Below, one piece after another: positions 14,055 through 29,093 of a stretch of DNA of 64,000 bases. The stretch lies in assembly GCF_009914755.1 (NCBI RefSeq), contig NC_060938.1; one strand, given 5' to 3'. The first letter of the stretch is position 1. Every line of letters starts with the position of its first letter. This DNA is from the human T2T-CHM13v2.0 reference genome, Homo sapiens. The position numbers and the translations under genes are program-made. Below the pieces are notes generated by a model that worked only from the letters and a program-made list of their open reading frames with translations, was not told the DNA's origin and did not search any database.

Positions 14055-15815
14055 TTTAATGCACATTATAAGGAAACCTTTTTATCATATCATAGTTAAA
14101 CTGCTAAAAAGTGAAGACAAATAAAGAAAATAAAACCTTGAAAACAACCAGAGGAAAAAATACATTACCTATGGGAGAGCAATGATTTGAATGCCACAAA
14201 TTTCTGATTAGAAATCATGAGTCAGAAGGAAATTGCATGACATTTATAAAATACTGAAATAAAATTTAAATATCGTCAACACAGAATTCACTATTCTGCA
14301 AAAATATCTTTCAGACATAAAGGTGAATTAAATATTCTCTCAGTAAAGGAAATCAAACCTGCTCTAAAATAATTGCTGATGGAAGTTATTCAAACAGAAG
14401 CATAGTGATTCCAGAATAATATTTGAAACCTGAGAAATGAAGGCAGAACAGTAGAAATGGTAATTATCTAGGTAAATCTAGCAGACTATTTTTCTTCTCT
14501 TGAGTTCCTTAAGATATATTTGACAGTTGAAGAAAGCGAAAGTTAAAATATTTCCTCTTGGAGTTTTTAAATGTACAGAGATATAATATGTAACATAAAG
14601 GGGAGGGGTTAAAAGGACCCAAATTGTAGTAAGGTTTTACGTTCCCACTAGAAATGGTAAAATATTGAGTCTAAGTAGAATGTGAAAAGTTAAAAATTTA
14701 TATATTATGGTCCCTAGAGCAGCCATGAAAATAACTATTAAAAATGATGCAGTAAAAAATGCACTAGAAAATCTAAATGGAAGACAAAAAACGTTTACGT
14801 AACTCCCCAAAGGCATGAGAATGAACAATTAGAGTACAAGTGGAAAACAAATAATAAAGTGGTAGACTTCAATTTAAACATAGCAAAAATCACATTAAAT
14901 ATCTAAACATACTAACTAAAAGACAGAGTATTAGAATGGATGAAAATGCCTCCATTATATGCTGTATACAAGAAACTCATCTCTAATGTAATTACGTAAT
15001 TAGAATAAAGATGAAAGTATAGAAAATGATACACCATGCAAACCTGAATGAAAGCTCACACCCCTGTATTAATATGAGACAAAGTAGAATTCAGAGGAAG
15101 GAGTATTAGTAGTATCAGAGGGATTCTTGCCTAATGATAAAAGACTCATTTCACAAAAAGACATGGCAATTAATATATAATAAACATATATGTACCTAGC
15201 AACAGAGATTCCAAATACACGAAGTAGATCTGATGAAACGACTTCACAAAACTATTTGTTTCTCATCAGGTTAAATAAATACTCACTTCATCATCTAGCA
15301 ATCTCACTCCTGATTATTTACCCTAGAGAAATAAAACTTATGTTCCCATGGAAATCTGTATAGGAATGTTTATATCAACACCATTCGTAGTCACCAAAAA
15401 CTGGAAACAGCGCAAATGTTCTCCACTAAGTGAATGGATAAAGAAACTGTGGTATATCCGTTAAGTGAAATATCACTCAACAATAAAGGGGATGAACTGC
15501 TGATACCCCAAATAACTTGGATGAATCTTGAATGTATTGTGCTCAAATGGCTGCATACTGTAACACTCCTCTTATATGTCATTCTTGAAAAGGTCAAAAT
15601 ATAGTAGTGAAGGACTCACCATTGATTCATGAATTTTAGGCCAGGAGAAAGCATGACTCTAAAGCAAGAGTGTAAGGCAAGTATGGGAAAGTGATGAACT
15701 GCTTTAAATACTAATTGTGATGGTCGTTACATGAATCTATACATTTACTAAATCTCACAAAACTTTTCACCAAAAAAATTAGTCTATTTCACTGTATGAT
15801 ACACTATAAATAAAA
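14055..15815 (+). mobile_element. Old L1M (L1MC/MD-like): ORF1 end, ORF2 endonuclease start, then the 3' end
   Basis: ORF1-like 'catatcatagttaaactgctaaaa'; EN-like 'atatgctgtatacaagaaactca'; 3'-like 'caaaaactggaaacagcgcaaatg...gtgaatggataaagaaactgtggtatat'. Confidence 0.75.
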
Positions 15816-15824
15816 TAAAATGCT

Positions 15825-16141
<317 letters not shown>

Positions 16142-19100
16142 TCAAACTGTTCTTAGGCCCATGGATTATCCTACCCCCACCCCACATGCATTACATGCCC
16201 AGTATTTCCAGGATGTGTTATCTCCATTTCTTATCTACTGATATGGGAACTAGGCATTTTCTCTGCCTAGATTCTTTTACTCTCCACTGATCTCTTTTCT
16301 CCACCTGACCAATATTGAAGTCAGAATAGGAGTTATCTTTTGGGAGAAAGGGAACATTTATATATGGGAACTCTTGAGGCTTCTGGAGTGCTGATAATGT
16401 TTGTTATCCTCATCATGGTAGTATTTAACACAGTTGGGTACATTTTCTATAAATTCATCAAGTAATCTGTGCTGTTTTCTGTATGCATAAAAAAGGCATC
16501 AAGTGAAACTTTTAAAATAGCTCTTATGCAGATTGTGAAGCCACCTAAAATGTTAAAACCCTTTAAGCCTTCCTCAACTCCCTGAAGAGTTTTGTAACTC
16601 TGATTTTAGCACACTCCTAGCAGTGGGATTGTGTCTCAGTTCTAAAACTTGTCATATATTAGGATATTTATACATGTGTACACACACGTGTGTGTGTGTG
16701 TGTGTGTCCCTCTTATGAGCTTAACTATAAGGAGAGGATTTGATCTTTCAGTTGCTGGTGCTGTCCTACCATAAGGCTGGCACCAGTAAATGTGCACTAA
16801 ATAAATATTGGAAAAGAAAAGTATGTAGGACTTCCATGTTTAGTACTGCCCTACCTAGGCAATGGTTTGTTCCTCCTGGCATCTCACCCCTGGTCATCCT
16901 TTCTTACTTTAAAAATATTGGATCCTTCATTTTCCCTTTGTTTTTCTATTTGACTGCCAGTTACACTGATTTTTTTATTAATATCATGAAACTAGCCCTA
17001 GTCATATGAGATATGCACAGAAATTCATCCTGGCAGAGGTAACCCATAAGATTCTTGACATGAGAGCTCTGGTGGAGCAAACATAATGTTTCAGTATATC
17101 ACAATTTTATAGGCCAGGTCACTAGAATATCATTAACTTGTTTTTGATCTTCCATAGCTTGTTGAAATGGACTTTCTTTAGGTGTCCACTTTGAGCAAAA
17201 TAATGTATTCTTTCTAATCTTACCTAAAAAGTGAAGTCATGAATTCTTAAAAAGCGTAGCCCAGTTCTTTGCTGGGATTACTGTAGTATTTTGTGGAAAT
17301 ATCCTGGTATTAATTAATTTCACCAACACCCTCTCCCCACACTGATTCATAGCCATAATTAATCCTTGCAATGGTCACAGCATTCATTTAGTGATTTTAG
17401 AACCAATGATTATATTTGCCATATTAATTGTAGTTAATATAACAATGTACATTTTTCTAGTTGTTTGAGCCCTGAAAATCATTTTTTGGAACAACATCAG
17501 TTGCAGAGAGGAGAAGAAATTAGCTTGAAGAAAGTTGTGTGCTTGTCTGACTACGAGAGAGGAAAAGCAGATTAGATTCATATGGACTCTATTTTTTCCA
17601 TTAAAACTAATGCCCCTTGACCCTTAATTATTTTATTCTTCTAAAAATTAATGTTGAGATAAACTTTTTCATGTGCATATTGACTCCAATCCCAACTGAA
17701 CCATGAAGTTAAAAAGTGTTAAGCTTTCAGAGAATACGAGTTGAGATATTTCAACGAACTTGAGGAGTCACACACTGTAAATTTACCTTAGAAGCTGTAT
17801 TCAGGTTTGTTCTCAAGCCCTGATCTAATGCCCACAAGTTATATAAAATACTAAGCTACAACTGAATTCCATGTAGAAAGCAAAGACATACTTCAAGACT
17901 GAGTCACCTGCATTTTTGTATTAAAGTGAAGGAAATAGAAGCTTGCTACTAAGCTGGTTAATATGTACAGTGGTTTTTTTTTTTAATGAATGCTTAAAAA
18001 ATAATAATAATTAGAATAATAATGCGAAGCTTTTAGAAAATGCTTTTTATCTTCAAAGCATTTCATAAAAGAGTATGTAGTTAATCTCTGCACCCTAAAA
18101 GCAACTTGCCAAAATATTTTGTTTTATGAGAGATGCATTTCAGAAGAGTTTCACTCATCTTTACATTTTCTTGGCCATAACTCTGTATGTTTAAAAAAAA
18201 AAATGGGCTGTAGAAAATAAAATCCACCAAAGCCTTTCTTTTTAATGCAAATAAGCTTCTTTCTATTCTTTCTTGAGGAAAGAAATGTTCAGCTGAAACT
18301 GACTATAATCCCAATTCTTTTGAATCTGTGTAATTAGGGTCATTTTGTGTAGGGCTAAGTGAAGCTCGGCTAGTCTATGTCTCTGCTCTGGTCCAAGCAA
18401 ATGCAAACAGGCTTAAATGGCAAAGGGCTAGGTAAATGTATTTTTAGACACTGCCGTACAGGAATTAAATTCACTTAAAATTAAAATTCTTACTAAAATG
18501 TACTAATTTAGTGAAACCAAGCTGAACCTTATTATTTTGATAGAGCTGAACTCCTTTTTCCAACTGCTCCTGGAAAAGCGTTTTCAGATAAACCCAGAGC
18601 TGACCTTACAGGAAAACACACAAATGTAAATGGAAGAATCAGAGCAGAAGCTGCCTGCAGCAAACTCCCGGGAAGAAGGTGAACTGTCCGGCACGTCTGC
18701 TCACTGTCTTATTACCCTGCATTTAATGAGACTCAAAATTAACCCCTGTCCTCCAAACTCAACAGCCAGCCCGGCACTGTCGCCCAACACTCCCATTCTT
18801 TTGTTCTTTTCTTCCTTTTTATTTTTAAGATGACATCAGCAATGAATGTTAATTGCTTGAAAAATTCAACTGAGAGAGGTAAATAGGGAAAACAAAACAA
18901 TAACAACAAAAAAATGCCTCCCTCATCCCCAGGAGAGTAACACTACTGACCCCTTCCAGACCTTTCCAATAAAAACATGCTTTATTTAACAAAAACAAGT
19001 GCTCAGGATACTTGCGTAATTTAACCATTTTTAAAAAAGTGATTATATATCTTGATAGCTTTTCATGACAATACAAAAATAAACATCGTTGTAATTGTTA

Positions 19101-19808
19101 TATAGCATTTTATTTCTTAACATCATTCAATAAATGTAATGATTCCAAAATTTATCAGATCATGAAACTCACATAGGGGGTGGTTTAAAAATATACAATC
19201 ATGAGCCCTATTCTTGATTTACTATATGGTGATCTCCAGCAATGTGTCTTAGGAATCTTTATTTTGAACAAGCTCCCCAGGTTATTAAGAAAACACTGAT
19301 TTAAATCTTGTGTTGTACATTTGTTTAATTCCAACTATTTTTTGCTATAATAAATTACTCCAAGTCATTATATCTGTTCATTGTGTTCTGGCCTGATTCG
19401 TTTCTTAGTTTCAATTCCAAGTGGAATTACTTGCTCAACGAGTGTGTGCATTTTAAATCTTTCACCATATTGCCAAACTATTCTCACTAAAGGCTCTAAT
19501 AATTTATATCTTTACAACTGCACATGGTACAACACTAGCTGTCAGGATCAAAGGTGATTGGATGCAAGACATTTGTGTGCGCTCCTTGTTGGTGGCATTG
19601 TGCTTCCAGAACAAGTGATGAGCAGGACTTTTCACCACCAAATCAGTTATGTTTTAACCACTGCAACTAGCAGTAAACATTTGAAGATAAATTCTAAGGC
19701 AATTTCAACGTATTTTGTAGAAAGTATTAAGCAGTAAGCTAGAAAATAATTCCTTGTTCACCTCTTCCACTCTTCCAAATGCTATACTGTATTTTAAACC
19801 ATCACTGT

Positions 19809-20441
19809 TGTCAAAGGTGTTTGAACCAGAGCGACTCCATCTTGAATAAGGGCTGGGTAAAATGAGGCTGAGACATACCGGGCTGCATTCCTAGGAGGTT
19901 AGGCATTCTTAGTCACAGGATGAGATAGGAAGTCAGCACAAGATACAGATCACAAAGACCTTGCTAATAAAACAGGTTGCAGTAAAGAAGCTGGCCAAAA
20001 CCCACGAAACCAAGATGGTGATGAAAGTGACCTCTGGTCATCCTCACTGCTCATTATGTGCTAATTATAATGCATTAGTATGCTAAAAGGTACTTCCATC
20101 AGTGCCATGACAGTTTACAAATGCCATGGCTATGTCAGAAAGTTACCCTATATGGTCTAAAAAGGGAGGGACCCTCAGTTCAGGGAATTGCCCACCTCTT
20201 TCCTGGAAAACTCATGAATAATCCACTCCTTGTTTAGCATATAATCAAGAAATAACTGTAACTATAATCAGTTGAGAAGCCTATGCTGCTGCTCTGCCTA
20301 TGGAGTAGGCATTCTTCTATTCCTTTACTTTCCTAATAAACTTGCTTTCATTTTACTCTATGGACTTGCCCCAAATTCTTTCTTGTGTGACGTCTAAGAA
20401 CCTTCCCTTGGGGTCTGAATAGAAACCTCTTTCTGATAACA
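19809..20441 (+). mobile_element. MER41B solo LTR (ERV1)
   Basis: tgtcaaaggtgtttgaaccagagcgactccatcttgaat ... aataaacttgctttc ... gataaca; contains the tandem-GAS block. Confidence 0.9.
20179..20208. promoter_or_regulatory. Tandem GAS (STAT1-type) motifs in MER41B
   Basis: TTCAGGGAA at 20179-20187 and TTCCTGGAA at 20200-20208, both fitting TTCNNNGAA. Confidence 0.65.
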
Positions 20442-21851
20442 CTAAAATTTGGAAAGGAGAAATTTGACAACTGTTCTAGTATTTTTAAAATTTGGTTATT
20501 TATTAAGCCATAATTTAAAAAAAAAAGATTTCCAAGCTCACCTGAATCAGTGAAGGGAGCTTTCTGGAAATGTGCATTTTTCTAAACCTTCTTAGACATT
20601 CCTTCTGCACAGATGGGAAAATCTCTGTCTAGGCCACACATTGTACTTTGTAGATGAGAAAAACATCTAAAGGACATTTCATAATTTGGCTGACAAATGA
20701 CTCATTTGACTGGTGAGTGACAAATCTGTGATTAGAAATCATGTTTAAGTCTGTGGACATAGGGTGCCTTCTGGTATTTCACTTTATCTATGATTAGGTC
20801 TATGAATTTACCCCCAAAATATGCCTTTTTATTAGTGCTGCAAATACAAGTTACTATTTTATAAACTTAATTTTACTTAGATATAGAAAATGTCATAAAA
20901 TAGCTAATGTGACTTTAATAACCAATAAAATAGCACTTATCCTAATGTTTTGGGTTTTATAATAATGTATAGGTTCTCTGGTGATGGAAAATAAAGACAA
21001 ATATTTCAGAACTTTATCCAAAAATAAAGTGTTTCATAACAAATGCCCACTTTCTCTCCAAATAACTCCTATTTAATATTTGTGTTTTCAATTCTTTCAA
21101 ATATATCTGTGGGGAAGCCTCATTTCTCTGCTAATGGTCTTCAAAGATTTTCTTTCATAGCTAGTCAACTCCAGCTGGAGCACATGGAATGATCCCGGAA
21201 GATCAGGCAGGAAGGGGGGAACTGAAGGGCTTTAAAGAGCATCAAATATTTTAAAATTCAACTTCCAAGCCTGAAATCTTTAAGGGTTTCTCTATTCTGG
21301 ATTACCAAGTAAATTTATTCTCAGTGCCTACTCACTTTTTCTTATTCTTCCTTATCTTCCAGACTTTAAAATATATATGATTCTGGACTGAGTTATATTA
21401 CTGAGTTAGGTAGGTTCCTAAACAAATACGTATAATTATTGTTTCAAGAAAAGCTGTAAAGTTACATTTAGTCTGGATAAGCAATTTGACCTGTTCGCTT
21501 GGGATTACTCAGGTGAAACTCTCTTTTCTACGATATACATCTCATTAATGTTTCAGCATTTTAGGAGCATTTCAATTTTGAGCCAATATTTCCATTACTT
21601 CTATCTTTCTCAAAAGATTACTATTCCGAATTGGAATTTCTCATGGTTGACATCATCCTGACAGATTACTGGCTCCTTCTGAGTGATAGGAATGGTAATA
21701 AATAGTATTTTTTTTATTTTTTACCTGTGCAAAATATTTCCCTAAAGTTTTTACATGAATTTTACCAAATTTAACTTACTGAAGATACAAAATGTTTTCC
21801 TTTATTGAAGTTTAAATTTTTAAAAACAATTACTTTCATTAAAATTGTATC

Positions 21852-21885
<34 letters not shown>

Positions 21886-22358
21886 TGTGTACACAGACAA
21901 CAATAAGAGAAAGCAATTCTTAGGGAAGCTGGCCCTTTACATATGCATGCTAAGTAATTTCGAATTCCTACATGTAGAATGTGCCTCAAATAAATACATA
22001 TATGCATATGTATGTTTGTAAGGTAGATAGAGTTAAATAGATTACATAAAAATTGTTCTTGAAATTGAAATGAAATATTTTGAACACCCAAATGGACTCA
22101 GGTATATCCGGTTATATGTTGTTCATGCACCTTAAATTCAGCATGTTAAAAATTGAGTCCTACTTGTGGCATCACAACCAAATTTACCTTTTGTATTCTT
22201 ATTTTTCTGTTAAAAGCATCATTTTTGTTCATCACAGCATCCTCAATACTAGAGAGTCATCAAGACCTGAAGATTTTAACTCCTAAATAACCCTCATTTC
22301 TAGGTTTTCACCTTATTGTATTCCAAGGAATATGAATTTTGCAAATAGGTGTTATTTA

Positions 22359-22812
<454 letters not shown>

Positions 22813-22930
22813 GAAGAGGAGGAGAAGAAGAAGGAGAAGAAGATGAAGAAGGGAAAGTGGGAGTGGAAGAGAGAGAGGAGGGAGAGGTGAGGGAGAGGGA
22901 AGGGGAGAAAGAGGAGACGAGGGGGAAAAG
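22813..22930. repeat. GA-rich low-complexity tract
   Basis: Near-pure purine run after the Alu tail. Confidence 0.85.
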
Positions 22931-23059
22931 TAGTCTGTGGTAATTTGGAGAATACTGCTTTAAGCAAATTAGACATATTTCTTAATTTCAAGCTTTGATG
23001 CAGAAGTCACCATTTTTAAATTCATATGATCGAACGACCATTTTAATGAAAAGTCTCAG

Positions 23060-23760
23060 GAAACACTGTGTAGTCTATTCCCCTATAAACCCTATCCTCA
23101 CTACCACTCAAATCCTCATCATCCTTCACTTGGTTTGTGCTGAGACCTGTTTACCCTTAAGCTGTTCCCAGCTAATATCCCCCAGGCCTGGTTCTCATTC
23201 CACTCTTCTCAATGCTGTCAGGTTGAACCTTCTGCAATTGAATCTGCACTTAAAATGTCTCCATAGCATCGAAGACAAAGTCCAGATTCCTTAACATGAA
23301 AAGCAAGGACCTTCATGGTCTCTGCATCTTTGCTTCTATTCTGGATCCTCTCCCTCTCCCCAGCACTGCTCGAAGCTCCCAGCCCCATAGCCTCACCTAA
23401 CTCTTCTCTGCACCAGAAATACTCTGTGCTCTTTTATTCTTCTCACATGTTTCCACATGCTGCTCTGTGGTTTCTCCATCCACTGCCTGGCTAACTCATG
23501 CTCATTCCTTATGAATTGCCATCCTCATCTTCTCTCAGGGGTAAACACCCTGAATCCCTCCCAGTACTCCCAGATCTGAGGTAGGTGTTCCTTCTCCATG
23601 TCACCGTCATGCCACACCCCATTCTCTCCCATAGCATTGATCAATGAGTGACTTTAATGATTGATACACTTATCTTTTCCCCACCAAGGAGTTTGCCATT
23701 CACCTTTGTGTCTACAAAGTGTCTAACATCAGTACATGGTCAAAAATGATTAACTAGTAA
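23060..23760 (+). mobile_element. L2 LINE 3' fragment
   Basis: 'aaagtccagattccttaacatg...aaggaccttcatg...ctgcctggctaactc'. Confidence 0.65.
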
Positions 23761-23839
23761 ATTAATTTCAGTAACATCTAATACTCTCAGCATCCGCATC
23801 CAAGAATTCCAGTGTCAGTAAACACTGTGGGGACAGGCA

Positions 23840-24080
23840 GCATAGCCAAGTGAGGGAAGGCTCTGGAGATAAGCTGCTACTTTTTACAGCTCTGCCATTT
23901 ACCATGTGTGAAGTTTGTGACTTCAGGTTGGTGACCTGACTTATTGGTATCTTACTTTATTTTTTTCTTTTTTTCATGATTTTTAGTTTACAGGTAACAT
24001 TAGTACTTAACTTTTAATGTATATATAAGAAATAAATTAATTAATAGAATAATACCTGGAACATAGTACTTATTAAATTT
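23840..24080 (+). mobile_element. MIR SINE
   Basis: 'ggctctggag...ctctgccatttacc...aatacctggaacatagtac'. Confidence 0.6.
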
Positions 24081-24151
24081 TTGGAGTTTCTGCCTCCTTC
24101 TGTACTGGATATTGATAGAGAAAGAATGGGAAATATGCATTCCTTCTAAGA

Positions 24152-24176
24152 ACACACACACACACACACACACACA

Positions 24177-24218
<42 letters not shown>
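24152..24218. repeat. (CA)n microsatellite, ~33 units with one interruption
   Basis: Seen directly. Confidence 0.95.
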
Positions 24219-24220
<2 letters not shown>

Positions 24221-24722
24221 GGCTTAAATAGTTCCCTAGAATTGTATCTTCACTTTTCTTATATGAACTTCCCCTTAGATATTTTTCAGGGCTTCCATTT
24301 AATCGTTTTTCCCATGCATGTTGGTTAAAGACACCAATTTCAAATCTTCAGGTGGTTAGGTAGTGGGGCCGCACAGGACTCCAAACTTTATAAAACACTC
24401 CAGGTCGATTTTTACTTGAACTAACATTTGAGAATGGCTGCATATCTGTGAATCTGATTTTTAACCATCTCCTCTGCATTTAGTCATTGATCCACCTATG
24501 GCTCTGGAAGCTTCTATCTGAATCTGTGTAAGCGTTAGTTCAGAGGCCAAGCAGATGTTTTTCCTTTATCATCCACCCAGCCCAGGATAACACCCCAGGC
24601 TCATTACTGTGACCAAGGCTTTTGTTTTCTGGAAACAGATAAAACAAAGTATCCCTAAACTTGTTTTAAATTTTTCAAAATATCCCTTCTTCTCATCAAA
24701 TTGCATACAAATAAGGCAACTA

Positions 24723-25082
<360 letters not shown>

Positions 25083-25629
25083 TTTGAAAATCGTCACTCT
25101 GTCACACTTTGCCATCTAGATAAAGAAAACCTGATAGAAACAACATTCTGATTTAGTTAGAAGCACTCCCTGTGATGGGATACTGGCAAAGTTACTCATC
25201 TAATTTTGCTCCACAATGTTTTAGACATGGATAACTTGGGGAGATTCCTGACACTGACTAGGATCAATGGAAAGGTCATAGGTCTAGTGTCACTAGATGT
25301 AACTGTTTTTCAAGATTTCCCTTGCGATTCAACAATTGACATGCCCAGTAAGAGGTTCCCTTCTGCATTCTAGCCTGGGCGTGGCCTGGTGCATTGGGTT
25401 CTGTCGTGTGATGTCTTTTCCTTCAAGAACCACTCTGCTTTCACTTTACAGCAAAGGGTCCACAAGGAGCCTACACAGGGCTCAAAAAGCTTCCTTGTAA
25501 ATTTCAGGTAAGTATTTAAGGGCCCTTTCCAGTTACTCATTGGCTGATAAATCTGTCAGATGATCAGTTGCTACAACAAAAGGCAAGAGCAAAGTAAGAT
25601 AAAATTAAAATATGGATTACTTAATTTGG

Positions 25630-26115
25630 CACAGATCATTGCGTTGTGCCCCAATATCCATTCTTTCCTTTTACAGATTAGTACGACTTCTGATTTATGG
25701 CTAGGTATGTAGCTGCCAAGAAACTAGATCATTTCCTTGCTTCTTTTGCAGTTAAATGTAGTCATCTAAGCTCTAGTCAAATAGTCAAATGGTTATGAAT
25801 GAAAGTGTCATGTGGGGACCTTTTTAATGAGAAAATTGATTTGCCTCTGATTCTTTATTCCATCATATTTCCTGATGGCTTTAAATTGGATGAAATAGCT
25901 GGAGCTCTGGTAGGCATTTTGTACAGTGAGGTTAAAATGGAAATGGAAGCTACACATGACAAAGCAACAAGAATAAAGAAGTGTGAGCTTCTTATTTGAC
26001 AATGCAACAGTGTTGATTTCATCAATGTGAAAGAAAAGTAAATTTCTATTTTGTTAAGGCACTGTTCTTTGGAGATGTCTTATAATCTGTAGCCAGACCT
26101 AATTCTGAATAATAC
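25630..26115. mobile_element. LTR33-like ERVL LTR
   Basis: 'catttccttgcttcttttgcagttaaatgtagtcat...gctggagctctggtaggcattttg'. Confidence 0.5.
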
Positions 26116-26929
26116 ACTTAGGAATTAACAAAATATTTTGGAAAAGAAAAATTACAGCTGACAAAGAAAATAGAGGCCTGGAATAGTAAGAAAGCCTTGC
26201 AGATTTTGATATGATAACTAACTGTTAAAGTTCCATAACAGAGGAAAGTAAAGAGAACAAATATTTGTTAATCCCCCACTATGTGTTATACTTGTAAAAT
26301 ATGTTTTATATTCTTTCTCTTTGAAAAGCAAATGCAACTTCTATTACCAAAATGCTTAACAAATTTTAATACTAAAATCAAATATTTATATTGCTATGTA
26401 ACAAATTTAATGAGTCTAGAATATCATTTTTTGTAATTTTTCTCTAGAATTTGCCTTATATTGCAGCATCACAGAAGCTTCAAAGTGAAAAAAATCTTAA
26501 TTTTCTCCAGAATGAAAAATTTGATTTAGATAGTACCTAAATGATGAAGTAGCAAACACTGGCTAAAAAAAATTCAGATCAGCTGACTCTAAGTTGTCGT
26601 TATATTTCTTCTTATCATTGTATAAAATACTAGGGTAGGAAATAGATATAGAAGCATCTGAGCAACTTGGAAATAACTTTTCATCACATTCATACGGTTT
26701 TAATGATATCTATTTCATTTTTGTCCCGTGGCGTGTTTTCCTAGATGCTTAGCTGCTTATGAAGTATCTGCTTCTGCATATCATTATAGCGTTTGTTCCA
26801 GGCTTCATAGGTTTGATGTTAATAACAAATGGCAAGTTACTTGAAAAGTCCACAATGCTAAGACTTCTGAATCCCAGGCATGTGAAGTCTAAGAAAACAA
26901 TGCCTTTAGGTAATTAAAATTTCTCTTAA

Positions 26930-28440
26930 TTAATTGGCCTTTTTTCACTCTTGCCCCTGCAGATTATATTCAACCCAGCAGCCATAGTGATGCTATTCAC
27001 ACTGAATCTCATCATGTCACTCCTCTTCTAAAAATTCTCAAATGGCTCCCAATATCAAAGTTAAATCCAAAATCTACACTAGGCCTGTAAGATCCTATAC
27101 GGTCAGTGCCCCTCCACACACTGCTCTGCCCTCAGTTTATAGCTTCAGTTTGCTGGCCTCCTCCTCATTCCCTGAACCCAGGAGGCTGACTCCAGGAGCC
27201 TTCTATCCATCTGACAGCTCTCCCTCATATACCCTGGTGAAACCCTCCTCTACCTCCTTTGTGATTGTGCTTTAATTCCAAATTCTCAATAAGACAACCA
27301 CTGTATTTAAAATCCAGTCCTTCACATCCCAGATTTCCATTATCTTTCTCTGTTTTCCTCATAATATTTGAAATGACAAAAAAAAAGTACAAATTAACTC
27401 TTATTGTTACTGTTTTTCCCTCCCTCCTAGAAAGTAATTTCCATGAGAACAAAGATGTGTATCTATTTGGTTCCCTGTGAGCCAATTCTTAGAACCATAA
27501 GTGCTCAAAATACATTTGTTGCTTATGTATATTCATCCCAAGTCTTAAGCCTGTCTGTGTAGAACCTGATATTACTGAGAAATGTGTTAGAAAAGAAGTT
27601 TGAACACATGTTGTACCTAAACCCCTGGGATAGAGATTTCTAATTTTAGCAGACATCTCTTTGTGCTCTAAAATATCTAAAAATTTGAGAATGAGAGCAA
27701 TTTGTAATTAAATGAAAAGAGATACAGCAGATGCAGCAGAATTGGGTGACTCATTGCTATAATTTCTCTCCCCTTTCTAGAAGTTGTGTTGAATCGACAT
27801 TCTAAACATCTCTTGAATTTATTTCTTTCAAATCTGAGATCAATGCCTTTGGTCAAGCTGTGCTCAGACTATGTTATATCATACTGCCATAGGCTCGCCT
27901 AGGATCTTACTCCTCCTTGAAAATATTTATCCCATCTTATTGGGATCATTGGTCAGTTTCATCCAGCCTTTTAAGGGCTCTCACTGCATCTGTCTTGCTC
28001 ACCATGTTATCCCTGTTGGCAAGCACAGCTTCTCATACAGAGTGATGAATAAATATTGATTGAATGAAGGAAAATCTTACCTAACTCTTTGCAATAACCT
28101 TCCATCTGCTCCCTTTGACTTCAATGTCTCCCCTGTTCCTTCCACCTAAGGACATTGTGCAGCAGTAGCACTTTTCTAAAAAACAAAATGTGTTCATTTC
28201 TCTTTCTTGTTACAACCATTTATTACCTACAAGAAGAATCCAAATCCCTTAAATGTCTCTATAATGTGATTCCAGACTCCCTTTATGGCTTTCTCTCTAG
28301 TGATTCATTCTACATTCCTTATATTTTGGTCACAGCCCAAGCACCATTTCTTAAATAATGTCTATATCTTCATACCAAAATGTTTTTACACATACTGTTT
28401 TCTCTGTTTGGAAGGCAGTCTAGTTATCTTCTAACTACTT
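26930..28440 (+). mobile_element. Cluster of L2 fragments
   Basis: 'cagcagccatagtgat...catgtcactcctcttctaaaa...aatggctccc'; L2-type ends 'aagtgctcaaaatacatttgttg' and 'aataaatattgattgaatgaa'. Confidence 0.6.
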
Positions 28441-29093
28441 TGGTTTTGCAGAGATTTGGGGATTGACTGATAACATTAGAACAATAAAAAACTCACTCTT
28501 TCTCCTTCCACCTGCCCATGATGCCATGTATGACAATTCTTATAATACACCTGGGAGCTTATGTTTTACAGCTAGTGAATGTGGGTTGAATAAAGCAAAG
28601 CCAGGAAGAGAAAATTCCCACCCTACTGCCACGTCTTAGTTTTGAACTCCTATGGAGAAGAAGGGAGGTTAGGATCATATTTGCTTGAATGATTCCTGAG
28701 AAAATTTGTAAGGCATTGGTGATATAGTTTGGAAATTTTTCCCCACCCAAATCTCATGTTGAAATGTGATCCCTGATATTGAAGGTAGGCATGGTGGGAG
28801 GTGTTTGGATTATGGAGATGGATCCCTCATGAATGGCTTGGGCCATCTACTTGGTGATAAGTGAGCCTTGCTCTGCATTCACACAAGATCTAGTTGTTTA
28901 AAAGTGTGTGGCACCTCCCCTCTTTTCTTGCTCATATTCTTGCCATATGATGTGACTGCTCCCCATTTGCATTCCGCCATGATTGAAGACTTCCTGAGGC
29001 CTCCCTAGAAGCAAATGCCGCTTTGCTTCCTGCACAGCCTGCAAAATCATGAGCCAATTAAATCTGTTTTCTTACAAATTACCGAGTCTCAGG

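Noticed and set aside
16671-16707. (CA)n/(TG)n palindrome
   Set aside because: Short simple-repeat symmetry that is common by chance.
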